A stretch of DNA of 63,428 bases, the filler included, from Nitrospinota bacterium (lineage in GTDB: Bacteria > JAUXIQ01), in NCBI GenBank assembly GCA_030620925.1. It is 13 parts of 13 records of this genome, joined end to end, with 100 filler letters (N's around TTAATTAATTAA, not from the genome) between each part and the next. Parts side by side here need not be neighbours in the genome. Positions count along the whole stretch, not along the records: positions 26,245 to 34,461 come from JAUXIQ010000071.1; positions 34,562 to 38,472 come from JAUXIQ010000271.1; 11 more parts are not named here. One strand, 5' to 3'. The position numbers and the translations under genes are program-made. The first letter of the stretch is position 1, and each line of letters opens with the position of its first letter. Positions 27,938-36,467 of the stretch are shown here, piece after piece. Below the pieces are notes generated by a model. The model saw nothing but the letters and a program-made list of their open reading frames with translations. It did not search any database and was not told the origin of the DNA.

Positions 27938-30139
27938 ATGATTGAGAGAAATTCTCCACAGGGGGAGGTCGAGATAATCAACACCGGCTGATCGCACGAC
28001 TGCGGAGGGCGGTGCGTCCTCAGGGTGCATATTAGAGACGGAGTAATCGAGCGCATTGAAACCGATGCCGACGACGAGGAGCAGTTTCGGGCCTGTCTGC
28101 GGGGCCGCTCCTACCGGCAGCGGCTCTACCATCGCGACAGGCTCATCTACCCCTTGCGCCGCACGGGAGAGCGGGGCGAGGGCAAGTTCGAGCGCATCTC
28201 CTGGGATGAAGCCCTGGGCGCCATCGCCTCGGAGTTGAAGCGGGTAAAAGAGACTTATGGCAACCAGTCCATCTTCTACATAGGTTATTCCGGCGGGCAC
28301 GGCCAGCTCCACGGCATGCGCGCGGCTTACCGCCTGCTCAACAAGTTCGGCGGCTGCACTAAAACCTGGGGCGGCGCATCGCATGAAGGGGGCATCTTCG
28401 CTTCCATGGCTACCTACGGCACCTTGAGCACGGGCAACACCCGCGACGACCTGCCCAACTCAAAGCTCATCATCATGTGGGGGTGGAACCCGGCGGAGAC
28501 CATCTGGGACACCAACACCTCCCTCCGTCTCGCAGAAGCCAAAGAGAAAGGGACGCGCATAGTTTCCGTAGACCCCAGGCTCACCTCTTCCACGGCCACT
28601 TTCGCCCATAAGTGGATACCCATAAAACCCTGCACCGATACGGCGGCCCTCATCGCCATGACCTACGTAATAATAGATGGAGGTCTCTACGATGAGAAGT
28701 TCCTCGATCGATACACTGTGGGCTTCGATAGATACAGGGCCTACGTCATGGGCGAGGAGGACGGCCTGCCCAAAACCCCCCGCTGGGCGGAGGAAATCTG
28801 CGGCGTGCCCGCCGGTACATTCGAGCAGCTGGCTCGAGATTACGCAACCGCCAAACCAGCGGCGTTAATAGCCGGCTGGGGACCCGGGCGCACCGCATAC
28901 GGCGAGCAGTACCACCGGGCGGCCATGGTCCTGGCGGCCATGACCGGCAACATAGGTATCCACGGCGGGAACGCCGCCGGCTTCGAGCGCAGCTACGGCA
29001 GCCGCAACATGCACGGTTTCTCGGCGGGCAAGAACCCGCTGGAAGTGGACGGCCCGGTGCGTAAAGACGCCCTCATGCTACGCGGAGGGACGACCTCAAC
29101 GGCGGTTCGTGTGCACGTATCCAGAATCTGGGATGCCATGCTTAAGGGCCGAAGCGGGGGCTATCCGGCGGACTACAAGCTCCTCTATGTAACCAACGCC
29201 AACCCCCTTAACCAGTTCCCGCATACCAACAAGGGCGTGGAAGCGATCAGGAAGATGGAATTCGTGGTGGTACACGAGCAGTTCATGACCGCCACCGCAA
29301 GGTATGCCGACATCCTCTTGCCGGTGAACACCATCATGGAACGCAACGACATCGCCCAGCCCTGGCTCTCGGCTCCTTACTATATATATCTGAACAAGGT
29401 GGTGGAATCCGTGGGGGAATCCAAGACCGATTTTCAGATTTCCTCGGAGCTGGCCCCTCACCTGGGAGTGGACGATTACAGCGACCTGGACGAGGAGGGC
29501 TGGCTCAGGAAATCGGTTGAAAGTTCGGAGGATATCGAGGACTACGATGAGTTTAAAAAAGCGGGTAAACATGTCGTCAAACTTCCCGAACCCTACGTCT
29601 CTTTCGAGGCCCAGATAGAGGACCCGGAGAAAAATCCGTTTTCCACCCCTTCGGGCAAGATAGAGATATACTCCGAGCTGCTGGCGGATATGGAGAACCC
29701 CCTCATACCTCCCGTGCCCAAGTATATAGAGCCGGAGGAGGGGCCTGATGATCCCCTCCGGGGGGAGTTCCCATTGCAGCTCATCACCACCCATTTCAGA
29801 CGGCGCGTTCATTCCGTCTTCGAAAACGTCCCCTGGCTGGCGGAGCTTGAGCCGGACGCGATGTGGATCAATCCAGTCGACGCCGAGCCCAGGGGGATAA
29901 AGGAAGGCGACCCGGTGAAGATATTCAACCAGCGGGGTACGGTGGTGATGCCGGCAAGGGTCACCGAGAGGATAATCCCCGGCGTGGTGAACATACACGA
30001 GGGCGCCTGGTTCAGCCCGGACAGCGAGGGGGTGGACAGGGGCGGCTGCGCAAACGTGCTCACCGCTGATAAACACTCCCCCGGCGGAGCATTCATCAGC
30101 AATACCAGCCTGGTGCAGGTAGAGAAGGAAGAAACTTGA
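27938..30139 (+). CDS. Molybdopterin oxidoreductase catalytic subunit (DmsA-like) with in-frame TGA at codon 18, candidate selenoprotein
   Basis: ATG 27938 after AAGGGAAGGGAAAG is in frame with ORF 28025 and gives MIERNSPQGEVEIINTG-[TGA]-SHDCGGRC...RACLRG. Also WG.NP.ET, VDPR, TATARYADILLP, TPSGKIEIYSE. No Tat signal. Confidence 0.9.
27989..28022 (+). promoter_or_regulatory. Candidate bacterial SECIS hairpin after the in-frame UGA
   Basis: UGA-U-CGCAC-GAC-UGC-GGAGG-GCG-GUGCG-UCC-UCA: a stem with a bulge and a G-led apical loop, folded by eye only. Confidence 0.45.
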
Positions 30140-30230
30140 CTCGGGGAGCGGGCCCCCTTTCTTCCCGGAAAAACGTATTAGATATTAAAGGCTTTTACCG
30201 CAGCGGTTTACATGATAAGGAGATTTCACT

Positions 30231-30767
30231 ATGCAGATGACCTTCCACTTCAACCAGCAGCGATGCACTTCTTGTTACACCTGCGTGGTGGCCTGCAAAG
30301 ACTGGTTCGATATCCCGCCGGGACCCCGCACGCGGCGCTGGGTGAGCACACTGGAAGAGGGCAAGTTCCCCGACGTGGAGGTCAGCCACCTCTCGCTTTC
30401 CTGTCTCCACTGCGAAAACCCTTCCTGCATCAGCGTCTGCCCGTCAGGCGCCATTAAGAAGAGGGAAAGCGACGGCATCGTTTACGCCGATAGAGATGAA
30501 TGCCTCGCCGACTGCGGCCTCTGCAAGGAAGCCTGTCCCTACGATGCCCCCCGCTTCGATGAAGAGGGCGACACAACAATCGAGTTGTGCGATTTCTGCG
30601 TGGAGCGTATAGATGAAGGTAAAAAGCCCATCTGCGTGGAAGCCTGCCCCATGCGCGCCCTGGATTGCGGGCCCAGGGAAGAGATGGAGTCGGAATACGG
30701 CGAAAAGAAAGATGCCAGAGGCTTCTCCTACGTGGAGGAGAACCGCCCGTCCATAGTATTCAAGTAG
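30231..30767 (+). CDS. Four-cluster iron-sulfur subunit (DmsB-like)
   Basis: CTSCYTCVVAC, CLHCENPSCISVCP, CLADCGLCKEACP, CDFC...PICVEACP. AAGGAG RBS. Confidence 0.93.
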   Translation: MQMTFHFNQQRCTSCYTCVVACKDWFDIPPGPRTRRWVSTLEEGKFPDVEVSHLSLSCLHCENPSCISVCPSGAIKKRESDGIVYADRDECLADCGLCKEACPYDAPRFDEEGDTTIELCDFCVERIDEGKKPICVEACPMRALDCGPREEMESEYGEKKDARGFSYVEENRPSIVFK

Positions 30768-31160
30768 GGGCGTATTGCCATGCGCCCCAATAGGGCGGGT
30801 TTGATCCCGCCACATGCGGGGTTGCCCTTTCATTCCAGAATCGTAGGGGCAGGGCTTGCCTTGCCCAGGGCGCAGTCTAACGGCACGCTGTGCCCCCCTA
30901 CGCGAAATTGCTGGGGGCGTTGGGTGTCGTAGGGGCGATCCCGCCTTCCGCGGGACTCGCCCTTAATCACCCTCCCTTTTTCCCTCCCATCGAGGGAGGG
31001 AGACTCCAGTAACCTGAGTAACATGTAAAGTACAACCACTCGTAGAGACAATTCATGAATTGTCTCTACTTACGCGATGGTCTTTTGTTAGCGGCACGGC
31101 TCGTCGTATCGCTACACCGCGTCCTGTCATTCTGAATCCCGCCACACGCGGGGTCGCCCT
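30764..31160. repeat. Dense REP cluster including the right copy of the composite repeat (30929..31069) and three 17-bp inserts (30805, 30939, 31137)
   Basis: Several GTAGGGGC...GCCC hairpins, and a perfect 28-bp palindrome at 31042..31069. Confidence 0.85.
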
Positions 31161-31266
31161 TTTTTCGCTTCAGGGCGTTTTCTGTTGAAAAGTAAGAGCG
31201 TAATCTGTATAAATAGACACTGTCCCTGCTATGGATTCCTCAATATAAAAGGAGAGGAGTGAAGAA

Positions 31267-32478
31267 ATGGATTTCAATTTGTCGCCTGAAGAAGAGGCAT
31301 TCAGACAAGAGTTTGTACCCTGGCTGGAGGGTGTTATTGCCGAAAAAGGCAAGATACCAACATTCAAAGATGCAGAGGCCCTCGATGAGAGAGTGGCCTG
31401 GTACAGGGAGATGCAGAAGAAACTGTTCGATGCAGGCTATGCGGGCATCACCTGGCCCAAGGAATACGGTGGCCGGGGGGGCACCCTCATCGAAAGCTTC
31501 ATATTGGACGAGGAGATTCAGAAGCGGGCTGCTGTTGAGAATTTCAACGGCATCGGGTTCGGGATGGCGGGCGGCGTTATTCTTGCCTTCGGCACGGATG
31601 AGCAGAAAGATCGCTATATCCCGGCCATGCTTAACGGGAGCGAGATATGGTGTCAGGGTTTTTCAGAGCCCAACGCCGGCTCGGACCTCGCTGCGCTCAG
31701 CACTCGCGCCGTGAAAGACGGGGACGATTACGTCATCAACGGCCAGAAAGTTTGGACCAGCATGGCGCAAATGGCCGACCAGTGCATCCTGGTGGTGAGG
31801 ACGGACCCCGACGTGCCCAAGCACAAAGGGTTGAGCTTTTTCATAATCGACATGAAAACCCCGGGCATAGACGTCAGGCCGCTGGTCCAGATAACCGGCG
31901 ACGCCGAGTTCAATGAAGTCTATTTCGATGATATGCGCGTTCCCCGGACTCAGATGCTGGGCGAGGAGGGGGACGGCTGGAAGATTTCCATCGCCACCCT
32001 CATGTTCGAGCGTTACGCAGTGAGCCAGTACGGGAGCTTCAGGCGCAGCATCGACGGGCTTTTCGAGTTAGCCAAAAATGTGACACGCAACGGGCGGCCC
32101 GCCATCGAGGACCCGGTCATCCGCCAGAAATTGGGGCAGTTTCACATCGAAGTGGAGATTCTTAAGCACAACACCATGAGGAGTCGCAGCAAACTGTTGA
32201 AGGGCGAGGTGCCCGGTCCGGAGGGTTCCATAGAAAAGCTTTACTGGAGCGAAATGAACAAGGCCATGCAGGAGTTCGCCATGGAGCTGGAAGGCCCCTA
32301 TCACCAGCTTATGAGCGGTTCTAAATGGGCGCTGCAGGATGGAATGTACCAGTTCGCCTTCCTCAGATCGCGTGGGAACACTATAGAAGCGGGAACCTCC
32401 GAGATACAGAAGAACATCATCGGAGAAAGAGTTTTGGGCCTGCCCAAAGACGCCGCCAGAGCTGCTGTTAAAAAGTAG
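31267..32478 (+). CDS. Acyl-CoA dehydrogenase family protein, first of a pair
   Basis: WCQGFSEPNAGSDLA, NGQKVWTS, FNEVYFDD, TIEAGTSEIQKNII. Confidence 0.94.
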   Translation: MDFNLSPEEEAFRQEFVPWLEGVIAEKGKIPTFKDAEALDERVAWYREMQKKLFDAGYAGITWPKEYGGRGGTLIESFILDEEIQKRAAVENFNGIGFGMAGGVILAFGTDEQKDRYIPAMLNGSEIWCQGFSEPNAGSDLAALSTRAVKDGDDYVINGQKVWTSMAQMADQCILVVRTDPDVPKHKGLSFFIIDMKTPGIDVRPLVQITGDAEFNEVYFDDMRVPRTQMLGEEGDGWKISIATLMFERYAVSQYGSFRRSIDGLFELAKNVTRNGRPAIEDPVIRQKLGQFHIEVEILKHNTMRSRSKLLKGEVPGPEGSIEKLYWSEMNKAMQEFAMELEGPYHQLMSGSKWALQDGMYQFAFLRSRGNTIEAGTSEIQKNIIGERVLGLPKDAARAAVKK

Positions 32479-32509
32479 CCAGGGATATTTGGAATAGGGA
32501 GAGCTGACA

Positions 32510-33658
32510 ATGGTAGATACGGCTTTTACAGAAGAACAAGATATGCTCAAGCGCTCAGCGCGCAACTTTGTTGAGAACGAGTGTCCGCCCGAGTACGTGC
32601 GTGAAATGTGGGAAAACGATGAGGGCATCACCCAGGAGGTCTGGAACAAGATGGCCGAGCTGGGCTGGATGGGCCTGCTGGTTCCGGAAGAGTATGACGG
32701 CATCGGCATGTCCTTCCAGGACCTGGCGGTGGTTTTTGAAGAAATGGGCCGGGTGCCGATGCCTGGCCCCTTCTTCTCATCGGTGGTCCTGGGCGGCGAG
32801 ACCATAAGACTGGCGGGCACCGAAGAACAGAAAAAGGCTGTCCTGCCCGGTATTGCCATGGGCGAAACGAGAGCCACTTTAGCCCTCATGGAGTGCGACC
32901 CGCTGCTCTCGCCGGCGGGAATCGAATCCGTTAAGGCCGAACCCGCCGCCGACGGCTACGCCATCAACGGCATCAAGCTCTTCGTGCCCGATGCCCACAC
33001 AGCGGATTATATCATCTGCGCCGCAAGGACGGATGAGGGGGCGGATCCCGCTAAAGGGATATCGCTGTTTCTGGTCGATTCCAAGACAAGCGGCCTGTCC
33101 ATCGAGCTTCTCAAGACGATGGACGGGGGCAGGAAGCAGTGTGAGGTGAATTTTGAGAACGTGGCCGTTCCCGAAAGCGCTCTCATGGGGCAGAAGGGAG
33201 AGGCATGGCCCATTATCTCCAAGGTGGCGGATATCGCCAACGCCGCCCTCTGTATGGAGATGGTGGGCGGGATGGAAAAATCTCTGGAGCTGACCGTGGA
33301 CTATGCCAAGACTCGCATCGCCTTCGATCAGCCCATCGGGAGCTACCAGGCCATAAAGCATATGTGCGCCGATATGATGCTCATTACTGAGAGCGCCAAG
33401 TCCGTCGCTTATTACGCCGCCTGGGCGGTGAGCGAAGATACGCCCGATGCACCAGAGGCCGTTTCCATGGCCAAAGCATACTGTAGTGACACTTACCGCA
33501 AAGCCACGGGCGATTGCATTCAGATTATGGGCGGTATCGGATTCACCTGGGAACACGATGCGCATCTCTACTTCAAGCGAGCAAGATGCAACGAGCACCT
33601 CTTCGGAGACGCCGCCTTTCACAAGGACCGACTGGTTACGATGAAAACGAGCGCCTGA
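32510..33658 (+). CDS. Acyl-CoA dehydrogenase family protein, second of a pair
   Basis: MAELGWMGL, GIKLFVPD, FDQPIGSYQAIKH, GGIGFTWEHDAHLYFKRA. Confidence 0.94.
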   Translation: MVDTAFTEEQDMLKRSARNFVENECPPEYVREMWENDEGITQEVWNKMAELGWMGLLVPEEYDGIGMSFQDLAVVFEEMGRVPMPGPFFSSVVLGGETIRLAGTEEQKKAVLPGIAMGETRATLALMECDPLLSPAGIESVKAEPAADGYAINGIKLFVPDAHTADYIICAARTDEGADPAKGISLFLVDSKTSGLSIELLKTMDGGRKQCEVNFENVAVPESALMGQKGEAWPIISKVADIANAALCMEMVGGMEKSLELTVDYAKTRIAFDQPIGSYQAIKHMCADMMLITESAKSVAYYAAWAVSEDTPDAPEAVSMAKAYCSDTYRKATGDCIQIMGGIGFTWEHDAHLYFKRARCNEHLFGDAAFHKDRLVTMKTSA

Positions 33659-33776
33659 AACTTTCTGACTATAGCTGCACCTTGTTATGGGGGGAGCCAT
33701 CCTTTTTTATGAAGAAGGAGCTCCCCCCAAGCATTTTGTCGGCCCGTGAAGAGCTCGGGGGCCATCTGCTTTCGCT

Positions 33777-34054
33777 GTAGGGGCGGTCCCGCGGTATGCG
33801 GGATTAAACCCGCCCTGTAATGATGATTATATGTAAAGGGCAGGTTTGAAACCTGCCCCTACGAGATGGGTATATGCGTTCATTGGTTTTCGTGCGTGGA
33901 AGGTGAAAAGGAACGGGGTGTAGGAGCGCCTTCCAGGCGCGATCCCGCGTTTCGGGGGATTTGTAGAGGCGAATCTCGTATTCGCCCAGGGCGATCACAA
34001 GGATCGCCCCTACTTGTAGAGACAATTCATGTCCCGCCCTGCTGGACGTCTCTA
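33777..34054. repeat. REP cluster with inserts at 33787, 33943 and a degenerate one at 34032
   Basis: GTAGGGGCGG-insert-TTAAACCCGCCCT; AGGGCAGGTTTGAAACCTGCCCCTAC; GTAGGAGCGCCTTCCAGGCGCGA; GGGCGATCACAAGGATCGCCCCTAC. Confidence 0.85.
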
Positions 34055-34090
34055 AGTGCTCTGAGGGACAGCCAGGGTGTTTTGAAGCTG

Positions 34091-34459
34091 TTATGCGGTC
34101 CGGTTGTTCAGGGAGACGATCTGAGCGATAACCTCTTTGACTCTGACCAGCTCTTCCTCGGTGTTAAAAAAGTTTACCGACAGCCGCACCACTTTGGGGT
34201 CGGGGACCCAGCGGCCGGCGATGTTCCCCCGACTCCAGAGCTCTTTTACCACTTCTTCCGCGTCCATCCCCGTTACGCTGAAAGAGACGAGGCCCGATTG
34301 CGCTCTGCCCCCCTCAGCCTCAGGTGAGTAAAGGGTGATTCCGTCCATGCCTGAGATGTGATTAAGCATCACCGCGGCATTTTTCCTGATGGCGGCCTCT
34401 ATTTCGCCCATTCCGAGGCTGGTCAAGAAATCCATGGCCGCTCCCAGGCCAGTCAAAAG
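34091..34459 (-). CDS. Class V PLP enzyme (cysteine desulfurase/selenocysteine lyase-like), C-terminal fragment
   Basis: GLGAAMDFL..LG...SGLVSF...VRLSVNFFNTEEE. Confidence 0.8.
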   Translation of the reverse strand, partial: LLTGLGAAMDFLTSLGMGEIEAAIRKNAAVMLNHISGMDGITLYSPEAEGGRAQSGLVSFSVTGMDAEEVVKELWSRGNIAGRWVPDPKVVRLSVNFFNTEEELVRVKEVIAQIVSLNNRTA

Positions 34460-34461
34460 CA

Positions 34462-34561
34462 NNNNNNNNNNNNNNNNNNNNNNNNNNNNNNNNNNNNNNN
34501 NNNNNTTAATTAATTAANNNNNNNNNNNNNNNNNNNNNNNNNNNNNNNNNNNNNNNNNNNN
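34462..34561. other. Artificial contig linker
   Basis: N44-TTAATTAATTAA-N44. Confidence 0.99.
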
Positions 34562-34562
34562 C

Positions 34563-35216
34563 CTTTTGTATGAGACACCCTTCCTGATTTGGTTCAAGAA
34601 CACGATAATGGTCAGCCTGCTCACCACTTCGCTTGCTCTGTTCATAGCTCTTCTGGCGGCATACAGCCTGGCGCGGATGAAGTTCAGGGGCGTGGAGTTC
34701 TTCGGGGTGGGCATATTCGTGACCTACCTGGTGCCCCCCTCTCTGATGTTCCTGCCCATGAACCAGGTGATCAATATGCTGGGGCTGTCGGACTCCATCT
34801 GGTCTCTGGTAGTTACTTACCCCACCTTCCTGATACCGTTTCTCACCTGGCTGATGATGGGATACTTCAGGACCATCCCCAAAGAGATAGAAGAGTGCGC
34901 CATGATAGACGGCTGCACCAGGCTGCAGACCTTCGTCAGAATCGTCATTCCCGTGGCCAAACCGGCCATCATAACCTCCGCCCTCTTCGCCTTCACCATG
35001 GGCTGGCATGAGTTCCTTTACGCCTTGACCTTCTTATCCTCCACCACCTCCAAGGTGGTTACCGTGGGTGTGGTGGGCGAGTTGATCAGGGGAGACATAT
35101 ATTATTGGGGCTCGCTCATGGCCGGTGCGATTTTTGGGGCCGTACCGGTGGTGCTGCTCTACGTCTTTCTTATGGAATACTACGTTTCAGGCCTGACCGC
35201 GGGAGCAATAAAATAG
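34563..35216 (+). CDS. Carbohydrate ABC transporter permease (MalG type), 5'-truncated
   Basis: AAYSLARMKF, IPKEIEECAMIDG, WHEFLYAL, SGLTAGAIK. Confidence 0.92.
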   Translation, partial: LLYETPFLIWFKNTIMVSLLTTSLALFIALLAAYSLARMKFRGVEFFGVGIFVTYLVPPSLMFLPMNQVINMLGLSDSIWSLVVTYPTFLIPFLTWLMMGYFRTIPKEIEECAMIDGCTRLQTFVRIVIPVAKPAIITSALFAFTMGWHEFLYALTFLSSTTSKVVTVGVVGELIRGDIYYWGSLMAGAIFGAVPVVLLYVFLMEYYVSGLTAGAIK

Positions 35217-35480
35217 CAGCGTTTATTGCTATTTGATATAGATGGATTGTGAAGCATGCCCATATCACTTCGGTGGTGAAAATATATCGATAAACTGAGT
35301 GATCCATACCCGCTGAGCATCCTGCCCTTTCCATCAGATTCTCTTATTTTTCTCCATAGTCATAATTCCGGATGGTTTTCCGGGGAAAATCTGATTACCT
35401 GTCCTTCTCGATTTATAGCATCAGGAAGCTCTCGAATTTAAAATCTTCAGGCTCCGATTGCTCGGAAGGAAAGAAATTGT

Positions 35481-36326
35481 ATGAAAAAAAAGGGGAGGAA
35501 CATATTAAAGGCCTTCGATCTATACCTCCCGATGGTTCCTTTTTTCATTTTCGCCCTGTTCCCCTTATATTTTATGCTCATCACTTCCTTCAAGAAGGAC
35601 GCCGAGCTCTACGATCTGGAAGCCGTTCCCTTCCTCATCAAGCAGGGCATTACGCTCGAACATTATAGGCTCCTCCTGTTCGATACCCCGTTCATCGTAT
35701 GGTTCAAGAACACGGTAATTGTCAGCGTGCTTACCACTGTGATAGCCCTGGTCATAGCTTTGCTCTCCGCCTACGCACTGGCACGGATGAAGTTCAGAGG
35801 AGTGGAATTTTTCGGGGTGGGCATATTCGTGACCTACCTGGTGCCCCCTTCGCTGATGTTTTTGCCTTTGAACCAGGTAGTCGTTAAATTCGGTCTCTCG
35901 GATTCCATCTGGTCCCTGGTGGTTACCTACCCGACGTTCCTGGTGCCCTTCCTCACCTGGCTGATGATGGGCTATTTCAGGTCCATCCCCAAAGAGATAG
36001 AAGAGTGCGCAATGATAGACGGCTGCACCAGACTGCAGACCTTTATCAGGATCGTCATCCCCGTTGCTAAACCCTCCATCATAACCTCCGCCCTGTTCGC
36101 CTTCACCATGGGCTGGCACGAGTTCCTCTACGCCCTGGTTTTTATATCTTCCACGGCGAATAAAGTGGTCACCGTAGGTATTTCCGGCGAGTTAATCAGG
36201 GGGGACATTTTTTACTGGGGCTCGCTCATGGCCGGCGCCGTGTTAGGTGCCATACCCGTGGTGCTGGTCTACGTCTTTTTCATGGAATACTTCGTTTCGG
36301 GCCTCACCGCGGGAGCGATAAAATAG
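35481..36326 (+). CDS. Carbohydrate ABC transporter permease (MalG type), tandem paralogue
   Basis: Same motifs, with long peptides identical to the upstream copy. Confidence 0.93.
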   Translation: MKKKGRNILKAFDLYLPMVPFFIFALFPLYFMLITSFKKDAELYDLEAVPFLIKQGITLEHYRLLLFDTPFIVWFKNTVIVSVLTTVIALVIALLSAYALARMKFRGVEFFGVGIFVTYLVPPSLMFLPLNQVVVKFGLSDSIWSLVVTYPTFLVPFLTWLMMGYFRSIPKEIEECAMIDGCTRLQTFIRIVIPVAKPSIITSALFAFTMGWHEFLYALVFISSTANKVVTVGISGELIRGDIFYWGSLMAGAVLGAIPVVLVYVFFMEYFVSGLTAGAIK

Positions 36327-36467
36327 ACCTCTGTCCCTTGTTTCCTCCTTCCCTCAAAGTTAATCTCGCCGCTGGTTGAAAGTAGGGCTTAAAAATGTTA
36401 AATTATTTCCCTGCGCGTTAACGTGATGGAGAACCAGAATCTTAAATTCACTTAAGGCAGGTGCACC

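Noticed and set aside
28025-28027. GTG 28025 as the true start of the molybdoenzyme
   Set aside because: It would remove three of the four FS0 ligand positions, and an in-frame ATG with a better RBS lies at 27938.
30764-31160. Palindrome clusters as CRISPR repeats or integron attC sites
   Set aside because: The units are heterogeneous and irregularly spaced, have GTAG/CTAC ends typical of REPs, and no cas or integrase gene is present.
34091-34459. Class V PLP enzyme as a selenocysteine lyase serving the nearby Sec candidate
   Set aside because: Only a C-terminal fragment is visible, it lacks the catalytic Cys motif (R.G.HC), and it is on the opposite strand about 4 kb away.
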